Under the pieces are notes generated by a model, which worked only from the letters and a program-made list of their open reading frames with translations, was not told the DNA's origin and made no database searches. A DNA stretch of 64,000 nucleotides from Candidatus Micrarchaeota archaeon (lineage in GTDB: Archaea; Micrarchaeota; Micrarchaeia; Norongarragalinales; UBA97): assembly GCA_016194335.1 (NCBI GenBank), contig JACQBR010000001.1:19460-83459 (forward strand). Reading direction: 5' to 3'. This document shows positions 29,385 through 37,673 of this stretch, piece by piece. Position 1 is the first letter of the stretch. Each line of letters begins with the position of its first letter. The position numbers and the translations under genes were made by a program.

Positions 29385-30674
29385 ATGGATTTTGTGAATG
29401 AAGCACTTCTGCAGAATCCGCATTGGGAGAATGGAGTTCTGGAGTTCCCCCGCTTGGCCGGGCCGCTGGTTGAGCGGGACATCTTCCCCTCAGTGGCCAG
29501 GAGCGTTTCAAGGAAATTCATAACCATCCTGCGCGGCCTGCGGCGGGTGGGCAAGTCGGTTCTGGCAAGGCAGGTTGCTTTCCGGAAAATCAAGGCATCA
29601 GGCAACCCCACGGACGTAGCCTGGTTTGAGTTTGACCGGGCAATGGGCGCAAAGCCTGAGGACATGGACCTCCTGCTGAATTTTTTCCGTTCAAGAGGCG
29701 CCTCGATGGTGATTCTGGACGAGATTGCATTCGTCCCGAAATGGCAGGACGTGCTCAAGCGGCACTATGACCGCACAGACACCAAGTTCCTCGCAACCGG
29801 AAGTTCCGCAATCGACTTGGACAGGAGGACCGCAGAGAGCCTGGCCGGGAGGACGGAGACGGTTGAAGTGCGGCCCTTCTCAATTTCCGAACGGATGAGG
29901 CTTGTGGGGGAAATCCCTCCGAGTTCGCCGCTTGAGTTATCACGCCAAAGGGCGGAGATGCTTTCGCAAGCAGGCCAATATCTCGTTTGCGGGGGGTTGC
30001 CCGAAATAACTTCCGACGCCGACTTCACCCAGCGGCAGGCTTATGTCAAAAATTCCCTGCTCGACCCCCTGTTTTACAAGGATTTCCCTGCTGCATTCCC
30101 CCAAGCAAATCCCGACCTTCTGCGCAAGACTTTGGAGCTGCTCTCCGGGACTTCTGGAGGCACCTTCCAGCTTCAAAGCATTGCGGAAGCGCTTGGCTGC
30201 AGCCACACCACTGCTGGAACGCAGCTGGAGCTCTTGGAAAAAACCCTACTGGTAAGGACTTTATACAATTCCACCCCCTCGATAGCTAAGCAAAAGCGCA
30301 CGGCAAAGAAAATAGTGTTTGCCGACAATGGCATTCTTGCAGCCCTTAACCCGGAACTCCCTCCCGGCGTTCTTGCGGAAAACGCGGCACTGGAGGCACT
30401 CGGGTCAAAGTTGTTCTGGCGCGACGGCGAAGGCAGGGAGATTGACGCGATCCTTCCCGAGTCCAAAACCGCCGTTGAAGTTAAGTACCAAAACAGCCTC
30501 ACCACCCGGGATGAAAAAAACATTGGCTATTTTCTCGAGAGAAAACGCGGATGGCGGGGGGTGTTGATAACCAAAAGTGATTCGGATTCGGGCGACATTG
30601 CGCGCGTCCCGCTATGGCGGGTTTTGCTCAACCCGGATTTAATCGCACGCCACTTTTCCCGGATAAAATCGTAA
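29385..30674 (+). CDS. AAA+ superfamily ATPase with DUF4143 (COG1373)
   Basis: Walker A GLRRVGKS; 429 aa typical of archaeal COG1373 ATPases. Confidence 0.7.
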   Translation: MDFVNEALLQNPHWENGVLEFPRLAGPLVERDIFPSVARSVSRKFITILRGLRRVGKSVLARQVAFRKIKASGNPTDVAWFEFDRAMGAKPEDMDLLLNFFRSRGASMVILDEIAFVPKWQDVLKRHYDRTDTKFLATGSSAIDLDRRTAESLAGRTETVEVRPFSISERMRLVGEIPPSSPLELSRQRAEMLSQAGQYLVCGGLPEITSDADFTQRQAYVKNSLLDPLFYKDFPAAFPQANPDLLRKTLELLSGTSGGTFQLQSIAEALGCSHTTAGTQLELLEKTLLVRTLYNSTPSIAKQKRTAKKIVFADNGILAALNPELPPGVLAENAALEALGSKLFWRDGEGREIDAILPESKTAVEVKYQNSLTTRDEKNIGYFLERKRGWRGVLITKSDSDSGDIARVPLWRVLLNPDLIARHFSRIKS

Positions 30675-30771
30675 CAGTTGAAGGGAATGAGCCGAAAATG
30701 CTTCACACCCCCTTTTCTGGAGCAAGTTGCGACTTTCATTCTATGGGCCAAGTAGAGCGCCCACCTGTAAT

Positions 30772-31338
30772 CTAGTTTTTCGACTGTTCCCGGTGCGTCT
30801 TGAGCAACTTCCTCATCAAACCCTCGGCATTCATCCGCTCAAGGTAATGGGCAATCTTGGGGCTTACCCGTCCCTTCCATTCGCCGCCGGTTGCCATCGC
30901 GTGCCTGATGTGCTTTCCCTCAAGCACGTCCCGGTCTATGAGGCCGGGATAGGGAATTTCCTCAAGCGCGCCCTTGAGGCAGCGTCTCACCCAGTCGTTG
31001 TCGGAAACGAAGCGGCTGAATTCCCCAAGTGAAATGACATGCTCGGCCCACAGCCGGTCGTGGTGCTTGTCGTCAATGCGCACGATGCGCACTTTTTCCC
31101 CCAGGTCGCCGAGGGCAATCGCGAGCATTTCCTTTCGCTCTTCAAGAGTGAAGGGATTGCGCAGCAGGCCGCTTTCATTCGCGCTGCCTATGCCTACGGT
31201 CAAAGTCCCGTACCGTTCCACCAGGTTGCGTATGACCTGCTCGTGGCCGTTGTGGAAAGGCTGGAACCTCCCGATGAAAATCACGGAATGGGGCTTGTCG
31301 GGCGCATGCTGTTGTGTTCCGGCCATCGTTCTCATCAT
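30772..31338 (-). CDS. nadM: nicotinamide-nucleotide adenylyltransferase (archaeal NadM type)
   Basis: IFIGRFQPFHNGH (HxGH) nucleotidyltransferase motif; 188 aa. Confidence 0.85.
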   Translation of the reverse strand: MMRTMAGTQQHAPDKPHSVIFIGRFQPFHNGHEQVIRNLVERYGTLTVGIGSANESGLLRNPFTLEERKEMLAIALGDLGEKVRIVRIDDKHHDRLWAEHVISLGEFSRFVSDNDWVRRCLKGALEEIPYPGLIDRDVLEGKHIRHAMATGGEWKGRVSPKIAHYLERMNAEGLMRKLLKTHREQSKN

Positions 31339-31433
31339 TGCAGTTAAAAAGCTTTCAGCACCAAATACTCTCTAATCAGAGCTTATTCGGGTAAAAGCGT
31401 TATTAGCATAACCAAACGGGAGTTCAAGTTCAA

Positions 31434-31586
31434 ATGGGCAAGTTTCCTATAGCGGACAAGGCCGTGCTCAAGATGCGCATCTGCCTCAAGTGCAAGGCGC
31501 GCAACCCCCCTGGCGCAACCAGCTGCCGCAAGTGCAACTACGGCTACTTACGGCCCAAGAAGGCAAGGAAGAAGGAAACGAAGTAA
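31434..31586 (+). CDS. rpl40e: 50S ribosomal protein L40e
   Basis: Manually found 50-aa ORF MGKFPIADKAVLKMRICLKCKARNPPGATSCRKCNYGYLRPKKARKKETK; C4 zinc ribbon of L40e; below ORF-track size cutoff. Confidence 0.8.
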   Translation: MGKFPIADKAVLKMRICLKCKARNPPGATSCRKCNYGYLRPKKARKKETK

Positions 31587-31647
31587 TTTCCCCCCGTCTT
31601 CTCCCACCTTTTTATTAAAACCATCAGTGCAAACGCTATTGAAAATT

Positions 31648-31825
31648 GCAGGAGTGGCAGAGCCTGGAAAATGCGGGGGCCTTAAGAGCCCCTCCCTCAG
31701 GGGTTCGCCGGTCCAAACAAACCTTTTCTTTCTTTGCTCGTCGGCGTTGCGACGCCTCCTCGTCAAAGAAAGAAAAGCTTTGATGGAAAAGAAAGAAACG
31801 GTTTTAGGGAATCCGGCCTCCTGCA
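31648..31825 (+). tRNA. tRNA-Leu (anticodon UAA) with ~94-nt intron in the T-loop (position 59/60)
   Basis: GCAGGAG-UG-GCAG-AGCCUGGAAAA-UGC-G-GGGGC-CUUAAGA-GCCCC-long variable arm-GCCGG-UCCAAA[intron 31718..31811]U-CCGGC-CUCCUGC-A; acceptor stem perfect 7 bp. Confidence 0.6.
31718..31811 (+). repeat. hairpin repeat element (CTTTTCTTTCTTT...AAAGAAAGAAAAG) forming the tRNA-Leu(UAA) intron; second copy at 53603..53710
   Basis: ~80% identity over ~90 nt between the two loci incl. 13-14 bp perfect inverted repeat and trailing GGAAAAGAAAGAA motif. Confidence 0.55.
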
Positions 31826-31854
31826 CTTTTTTTTAGGTTCTCCAAGTTGGAAAG

Positions 31855-33195
31855 TCAGCTTTCAAGAAGCCATTTCCATAGGGGAGTGAACGTTATCAAC
31901 GTGTATTTCTCCTTTAGTTCTTTCTCTTCATCCCAAGTAAGTATAGTTCCTTTCTTTAAATTGAGTTCTTGCATCCCTCTGCGCAAGGCTTCCAGTTCGC
32001 GCTGTAGCGTAAAAGGGTTGGAAGCGTCGTGGCAAACTTGGATTAGTTGCGTGGGCTTCCCTTTCTCAAGCGCCACGAAGTCGACTTCCCTGCCGGAGTG
32101 GTCTTTCCAATAGCAGAATTCGCCCGTCCCTTCAAGCGAACTGCGGCGCAGCAGTTCCACCGCAACGAGCGTTTCGATCAGCCGGCCTTTTCCGCTTGAC
32201 GAAAGGGGGGCTATTGAGGAGACGAGCCCGGAATCTATGCAGTAAACCTTCTTTGGCGCCATCAGCTGCTCCTTAAGCTTGTATGAAAACCGCTTTACCA
32301 TGAAGATCAGAAACGCGTTTTCAAGGTATGAGGCGTATTTCTTGACTGTGTGTGCGCTCTCCAGCCCCAACACATTCCTGAGTTTATTGAAGCTGACTTC
32401 GAGTCCGGAGTTGGACACGAGCAGTCTTGCAAGGTCCTTGAGTGCTTGGGGGCGCTTCGGCCTGAATCTTGAGAGAATGTCCTTCTGAAGAACGTCCGAA
32501 TAGAGCGAGAGGTGGAAACCCGGCTCGCCCTTGTACGCCAGCGGGTAGCCGCCTTCAATGAGGTACCGTTCGAGAAAAGACTTTGTTTTGGCTATGGATG
32601 AGGTAAGGTTGGAATCAGGCGAATGCCCGCGGTAATTCAGGTACTCCCCAAACGAAAACGGGAAGACGCGTACGTCGGTGTGGCGACCTGTAAGATACGT
32701 TGCAAGCTCGCCGCTAAGCAGGTTGGAATTGGAGCCGGTGATGATTACTTTCCTGTTTTGTGAGATTCTCGAGATGAACCGCTCCCAACCGGCAATGTTC
32801 TGGATTTCATCAAAGACCCACGCTTGAGCATGCGGGTAAAGCGACAGGAACGCTTCAGCCACGCTGTTGAGTTCCCTACCATCCAGACTTACTCGCTCGT
32901 CGTCGAAATTGATGTACGCATGCGGCTTGTCTTTCACGCATAAAAGGCAGAATGTGGTTTTGCCAGCCCGCCGTGGGCCGGTGACGACGGTAATCAAATC
33001 AGTTTGGGGATTGCAGGAAATGCGTTCCCGCGGCACAATTCGGCCTGAAGAAAGCCTTGATTCGTATTGTTCACGCTGGTCGGCAATAATGCGCTTGAGC
33101 TCCCGGCTTTCCATGCAAAAATTACCCCGCCCAACAATATAAATGTTTGCGTTCCAAATGCATAGTTTTGGCAAATATCTGCATTTGAAATGCAT
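31855..33195 (-). CDS. AAA+ superfamily ATPase with DUF4143 (COG1373), paralog
   Basis: Walker A TGPRRAGKTT; 446 aa; same architecture as 29385..30674. Confidence 0.7.
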   Translation of the reverse strand: MHFKCRYLPKLCIWNANIYIVGRGNFCMESRELKRIIADQREQYESRLSSGRIVPRERISCNPQTDLITVVTGPRRAGKTTFCLLCVKDKPHAYINFDDERVSLDGRELNSVAEAFLSLYPHAQAWVFDEIQNIAGWERFISRISQNRKVIITGSNSNLLSGELATYLTGRHTDVRVFPFSFGEYLNYRGHSPDSNLTSSIAKTKSFLERYLIEGGYPLAYKGEPGFHLSLYSDVLQKDILSRFRPKRPQALKDLARLLVSNSGLEVSFNKLRNVLGLESAHTVKKYASYLENAFLIFMVKRFSYKLKEQLMAPKKVYCIDSGLVSSIAPLSSSGKGRLIETLVAVELLRRSSLEGTGEFCYWKDHSGREVDFVALEKGKPTQLIQVCHDASNPFTLQRELEALRRGMQELNLKKGTILTWDEEKELKEKYTLITFTPLWKWLLES

Positions 33196-33288
33196 ACTCA
33201 GCTGGGAAGCGTCTGTTGTGGCAGGTGGCGCGCGAAAGGCTTAGGCGGAACGCCCCAAAAGCCCCTGTCGGTTTTCCAACGGTTCTGT

Positions 33289-33882
33289 TCACGCAGTCAG
33301 CGCGCTTCCCCGCCTGCATTCAAGAAGCGTGCAGGGGTCGATGATGGCGCTTCCAAGCCTGATTTCGAAATGCAGGTGGGGCGGGGTGTCGTGGGCGTTG
33401 CCGGTTTTTCCCATCGTTCCGAGCCGCTGGCCTTTTGAGATTCGCTGGCCTTGCGAAACGGCTACAGTATCGAGGTGGCAGTAGATTGAGCGCCTGCCGT
33501 CGGGGTGCTTCACGCTCACTTCCTTCCCGCACAGGCCGCTTCCCGCATTGTTGGCAATCACAACCACTCCTGCCTCAAACGCGACCACGGGAGTGCCAAC
33601 CTTGTTGAAAATGTCGATTCCCTGGTGGGAGTGGCCATCGCGCGGGTCGCCGATGATGCTTCCCACCGTTCCCGTAGTGGGATCTCCTATGGCAGTTGAT
33701 GACGCCGTGATTTCGTTGATGTGGAGTATGCACACGCCTTGGAACGATTGCGAGTCGCACGAGGCGGTTTGGGCCGAAATGAAATTGACTGCCAGAAAGA
33801 GAGTTAGTGCGGCCAACGGGATTTTTCTAAGCATTAGGCAGAACACCAAAAATAATTTTTCAGACGAAACGCCAGTCGGCAT
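33289..33882 (-). CDS. secreted M23-family metallopeptidase (LytM/lysostaphin-like)
   Basis: Signal peptide; HQGIDI (HxxxD) and HLHFEI (HxH) M23 zinc motifs; 197 aa. Confidence 0.8.
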   Translation of the reverse strand: MPTGVSSEKLFLVFCLMLRKIPLAALTLFLAVNFISAQTASCDSQSFQGVCILHINEITASSTAIGDPTTGTVGSIIGDPRDGHSHQGIDIFNKVGTPVVAFEAGVVVIANNAGSGLCGKEVSVKHPDGRRSIYCHLDTVAVSQGQRISKGQRLGTMGKTGNAHDTPPHLHFEIRLGSAIIDPCTLLECRRGSALTA

Positions 33883-34384
33883 AGCCCTTGCCGTCGATTC
33901 CCAATTTCAATGCCAAGTCCCGCGTGACGTCCAAGGACGCGCCAGTGGATTTCCACTTGCCATTGCAGCCAGAGTTTAGTTTTGAAAGCAACACGCCGAT
34001 GTTCTTCTCCGCAAAAGGCCTGCTGGTTCCGAAAACATACGCGTCATCGTCGCCATTTTTGGTGATTCCGCAGAATGGGCCGACGTCGGTGACGGTAGTT
34101 GTTACCGTCCTGCCGTTTCTCCCGCGGATTTCTATAGTCCTGCCCTTTGCTTTCGAAGATGGTAGTGCCGCACCATAGGGCTTGTCGGAGAACACCGTAG
34201 TGATGATGTTGGTGTGCCACCCTCCACCCCCGCTGGGTGCCTGCGTGTCGGGAGCGACGGTATTGAGATGGAGTATGCACACTCCTTGAAACGTTTGGGC
34301 GTCGCAAGTTGCCGCCTGCGCCGCGGAGTAGATGGCCAAGCCTGCAACCAAAAGGACAATCGCCAAAGCCAGTTTGCGGGCCAC
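33860..34384 (-). CDS. secreted RlpA-like / double-psi beta-barrel (3D-domain-like) protein
   Basis: Signal peptide; VTTTVTDVGPF and DLALKLGIDGKGY resemble RlpA/expansin DPBB; shares N-terminal module A(T/S)CD(A/S)Q(T/S)FQGVCILH with the M23 gene; overlaps it by 23 nt. Confidence 0.5.
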   Translation of the reverse strand: MARKLALAIVLLVAGLAIYSAAQAATCDAQTFQGVCILHLNTVAPDTQAPSGGGGWHTNIITTVFSDKPYGAALPSSKAKGRTIEIRGRNGRTVTTTVTDVGPFCGITKNGDDDAYVFGTSRPFAEKNIGVLLSKLNSGCNGKWKSTGASLDVTRDLALKLGIDGKGYADWRFV

Positions 34385-34408
34385 AACTAGAGAATGGCTT
34401 GGTTTGTT

Positions 34409-35098
34409 TTAATCCTTTGGCTCGGAAGATTCAACGGCTGGTTTTTCGCCAGCCGAAGGAATTTCATTTGCCGAATGCACGGCAGCGGCACTTTCGGTCT
34501 TGTAAGCGCGTCCGCCTGGGGGCTTGCGCAAAAATGCAAGAAAGACAGTATGGGTCAGCCCGGTGGTTGCGGGCCTGCAGCCGTTTTCCCTAACGAGCCA
34601 CTCGCGCTCAATCACTTCAATCGTGCTCTCGTGGGTAAAGCCGAGCTTCACCGCATCGAGGACGAACTTCCTCACCTGCTCGACGTTGGGAAGAAGCCCC
34701 ACGCACGCCCCGCCCTGCTTGAGCGCCGCAAGCGCGTGGGGCAATGCGCGCTCGCTGTTGGCCATGTCAAGCGTTATGATGTCGACTTCGTTTTCGTCGA
34801 TTCCGAGAAAAATGTCCTGAACTTTCACCGTCACGAAGCCATCCATTCCCGCGGCCTCAATGTTTTTAGACGCGAGCTTGGCGAATTCCTCGCGGCTTTC
34901 GTAGGCGGTGACCTTTCCCGACGGCCCCACGACCGCGCCGAGGCGGATGGAGAGAAAGCCGCTTCCCACTCCCGCGTCAACCACCTTGTCCCCGGCTTGC
35001 AGGCCAGAGTGCGCCACGATTGCGCCCGCGTCCTTGGGAAGCACTACCTGCGGCCCGCGCTTGAATTTCCTGAAGAGGTTTGGCCGGAGCATTTTCAT
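34409..35098 (-). CDS. trmI: tRNA (adenine57/58-N1)-methyltransferase TrmI (GCD14 family)
   Basis: SAM-binding VVDAGVGSGFLS motif; 229 aa. Confidence 0.8.
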   Translation of the reverse strand: MKMLRPNLFRKFKRGPQVVLPKDAGAIVAHSGLQAGDKVVDAGVGSGFLSIRLGAVVGPSGKVTAYESREEFAKLASKNIEAAGMDGFVTVKVQDIFLGIDENEVDIITLDMANSERALPHALAALKQGGACVGLLPNVEQVRKFVLDAVKLGFTHESTIEVIEREWLVRENGCRPATTGLTHTVFLAFLRKPPGGRAYKTESAAAVHSANEIPSAGEKPAVESSEPKD

Positions 35099-35168
35099 TC
35101 ACGCATGGAGATGATTAGGCGGAAGGTAGGATAAATAATCGAAAGAAGGAAAGGAGGAATCGGCCGGC

Positions 35169-35960
35169 TTAGCTTCGGAAATATGTGAAGTACATGCTCG
35201 GGTAGCTGCCGCGGTAATTGCCGTAAGCGTAGGCGTACGGAGCGTAGTTGAATGCCGCATAGCCTCCGTACATTCCGTAGCTCCCGTAGGAATAGGGGTA
35301 TGCCGATGAGTATGCGGAACTGGCGCTTGAGGAATAGCTGTTGTAGCTGTTGTCGATGTTGGTGTTGTAGGAGTCCTTCACGATTGTAGCGCCGTAATAC
35401 TTGCCGAAGTCGCCTGAGCCGTAACTTGAGGAGTAGCCGGAACTCGAAGAGCCCGCACCTGGCCAGTTGACATTGGTGTTGTAGGAGTTGTAGCTGTTAT
35501 CCGACTGATAAGCGCCGCCGTAGGTGCCGTAGTCGGACGCGCGGTCTTCGGTGTACGAGCCGCCGTAAGTCCCATAAGACTGGTAGGGCTTGTAGCCGCC
35601 TGAAAAGTCAGGGGTTGCCGAAGTTGAGGGCACGCTTGCCTGCGAACCGTAAGTGTGCTGGAAGACCCAGCCGTATTCCGTATTCCCGTTGGTCGGGTTG
35701 GTGTACGACCCCTGATAGTAATAGCCGGGGCCGGCGTATTTGGAATATTGGCTCGCGCCGTAAGTGGGGGTGTTGGTGTTGAGGTAGTCGTATTCCCTCT
35801 GGTTGAGCGCGGGGGTTTGGAAGGCCACGTCGTTGCTGTTCTGCACGGTTTGGGCGTTGCCCCAGTTCACTCCGTATTGGTAGTCGTAACCAGACGCGAA
35901 CACGGACGCGGCGATGAGTGCGATTCCCGCGAGCAAAAGGCCTATCTTCAAAACAACCAC
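35169..35960 (-). CDS. secreted Tyr/Gly/Ser/Asn-rich low-complexity protein
   Basis: Signal peptide MVVLKIGLLLAGIALIAASVFA; ~25% Tyr, YG/SY repeats; 263 aa. Confidence 0.55.
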   Translation of the reverse strand: MVVLKIGLLLAGIALIAASVFASGYDYQYGVNWGNAQTVQNSNDVAFQTPALNQREYDYLNTNTPTYGASQYSKYAGPGYYYQGSYTNPTNGNTEYGWVFQHTYGSQASVPSTSATPDFSGGYKPYQSYGTYGGSYTEDRASDYGTYGGAYQSDNSYNSYNTNVNWPGAGSSSSGYSSSYGSGDFGKYYGATIVKDSYNTNIDNSYNSYSSSASSAYSSAYPYSYGSYGMYGGYAAFNYAPYAYAYGNYRGSYPSMYFTYFRS

Positions 35961-36088
35961 CAGTAGTTTTATTTGTAACTACTATTCAGTTACAAACTAC
36001 TATTTATGGCTTGCTCTGCGCACGATTTTGGCCAATCGGGGGGTTGCTGAAGCTGATGGTTAAAATCATTTGGCTGGCTCAATACTTT

Positions 36089-36162
36089 GCCGGAGTAGCT
36101 CAGCCTGGTAGAGCGATTGCCTTGTAAGCAGTAGGCCGTGGGTTCAAATCCCATCCCCGGCT
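36089..36162 (+). tRNA. tRNA-Thr (anticodon UGU)
   Basis: GCCGGAG-UA-GCUC-AGCCUGGUA-GAGC-G-AUUGC-CUUGUAA-GCAGU-AGGCC-GUGGG-UUCAAAU-CCCAU-CCCCGGC-U; one A6:C67 mismatch in acceptor stem. Confidence 0.7.
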
Positions 36163-36198
36163 CTCATAGTTATATTTCTGCTCCGCATAACTACAGTC

Positions 36199-36615
36199 AT
36201 GCCCAGTTTGCCTATAGAGGAGCAGGTGGCCAAGGAGTTCGCCTCGAAGTACGGCTACCTCCCGGGGCAGGCCAAGCAGCTTTCGGCGTTTGTCAAGTCC
36301 ATCCACCACTTCTCCCAATACATCGCCTCGAACAAGTATTTCTCCACCGAGCTCAACCGCCTCATTGCCGTCCTGATGCTCGACTGCGACATCCTTTCGC
36401 TGAAGGCCGAGCGCGTGCGGATGGTGGCGGAAGACTTCTACTCCGAAGTGGAGCTGGCAGTCCTCGCCAAGAGAAAGCCGCTTCTGCAAAAGCCCGAGGT
36501 GGACAAGTTCAGGGCGGAGCTCAAGGCGCTAAACGCCGAGGCGCTCGAAACCTACTCGCGCACGCTGAGCCTGATGGAGGAGATAAAGCGCGAGTACCAG
36601 CAGAGGCTGGGTTAG
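36199..36615 (+). CDS. hypothetical protein (138 aa)
   Basis: ORF with helical charged composition; no motif. Confidence 0.45.
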   Translation: MPSLPIEEQVAKEFASKYGYLPGQAKQLSAFVKSIHHFSQYIASNKYFSTELNRLIAVLMLDCDILSLKAERVRMVAEDFYSEVELAVLAKRKPLLQKPEVDKFRAELKALNAEALETYSRTLSLMEEIKREYQQRLG

Positions 36616-36626
36616 GCCTCTCATCG

Positions 36627-36941
36627 TTACTGGCTGATTATTTCTGCAAGAGCCGCGGACCATCCTTCTGGGTGTTGCGCCAGTTCAGCGATCGGCAAGA
36701 GCTTTACCTTGGGATATTTACGCCCTATGAGTTGCTTGAGGCCCGCGCCCAACTTCCGGTCCAATAAGACCAGGTGAGTGGCATCTGCGAGCTTGTCGTG
36801 TTCAATGCGGTTGGTCATGAGATCCCACCTTGCCATTACCTTGGTGGGAGGAACATTTTGGCGAGAACTTGCGTATATGCCCGCGTGCAACCTGGCATTG
36901 GCGAGGTGTTCGCTGACAAAAATGATGTTGGCCTCTTTCAT
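36627..36941 (-). CDS. hypothetical protein (104 aa)
   Basis: ORF convergent with previous; no motif. Confidence 0.35.
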   Translation of the reverse strand: MKEANIIFVSEHLANARLHAGIYASSRQNVPPTKVMARWDLMTNRIEHDKLADATHLVLLDRKLGAGLKQLIGRKYPKVKLLPIAELAQHPEGWSAALAEIISQ

Positions 36942-37141
36942 CCATTCGTTTACTTTACAACAACTTAATAACTTTTCCCGGAATCAAGCAATGCCGCCAT
37001 CCCCGAAAATCTCCCCTCTCCTTCCTCCGTTTGGGAAAACTGCACTGTCCGCGTGCTTTTTGCCCTGAAAGCGGAACGCCGGCGGGAAAGCCTTTTATAG
37101 CTTCTCTTCCCAATGTTAGTGTGCTCGAAGTGTAACGCACA

Positions 37142-37447
37142 ATGGCCTTCCTATTTGGCGACCAGTTGCTTTGGTACGTAATCGCCTTTGCAGGCGCGGC
37201 GTGGGTCGCGTCGAGGGTTGCGGGAAGGGATGTTCCCCTCGTGCCGCTTGCGATTTTGGGAATCGTCGGCGCGGTTTTCCTCAGCGATCTGGGAACGTTC
37301 CTCTCGGGCGATTTTACCGCGGGCATAGTCATCCTGGCGCTATTCGCCCTCGTGGCGCAGGCGCTTGTCGAAGTCACCCTGGTGCAGGGAGTCGCCGTGG
37401 CGCTGCTGGCGTGGATTGTCGGAAGCGCCGTAATCGCTTTCGTCTGA
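37142..37447 (+). CDS. small membrane protein (3 TM)
   Basis: 101-aa hydrophobic ORF. Confidence 0.4.
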   Translation: MAFLFGDQLLWYVIAFAGAAWVASRVAGRDVPLVPLAILGIVGAVFLSDLGTFLSGDFTAGIVILALFALVAQALVEVTLVQGVAVALLAWIVGSAVIAFV

Positions 37448-37469
37448 GTTTGATTCGGGGTTTGTCCCA

Positions 37470-37610
37470 ATGGCTTCGTACGTTTGCTGGAAGTGCAGGA
37501 AGAAATTCGACTCGGCTGAAATAGCCACCGGAATCCGGTGCCCCTATTGCGGGAACAAGATCCTCTTCAAGGAAACCCCGCCCGTTCTCAAGAAAATCAG
37601 CACGGATTGA
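37470..37610 (+). CDS. rpoP: DNA-directed RNA polymerase subunit P (Rpo12)
   Basis: Manually found 46-aa ORF MASYVCWKCRKKFDSAEIATGIRCPYCGNKILFKETPPVLKKISTD; CxxC..CPYCG zinc ribbon; position upstream of rpl3. Confidence 0.7.
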   Translation: MASYVCWKCRKKFDSAEIATGIRCPYCGNKILFKETPPVLKKISTD

Positions 37611-37673
37611 AACTGGAATCGTTTTCTGCAATTGTCGTCTGGCACCACTAAGGACAATTAAGGTTGTGAGAAC

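Noticed and set aside
36138-36767. 209-aa plus-strand ORF overlapping tRNA-Thr(UGU) and ORF 36199..36615
   Set aside because: It is an Arg/Gly-rich alternative frame starting inside a tRNA gene. The shorter in-frame-independent ORF 36199..36615 is preferred.
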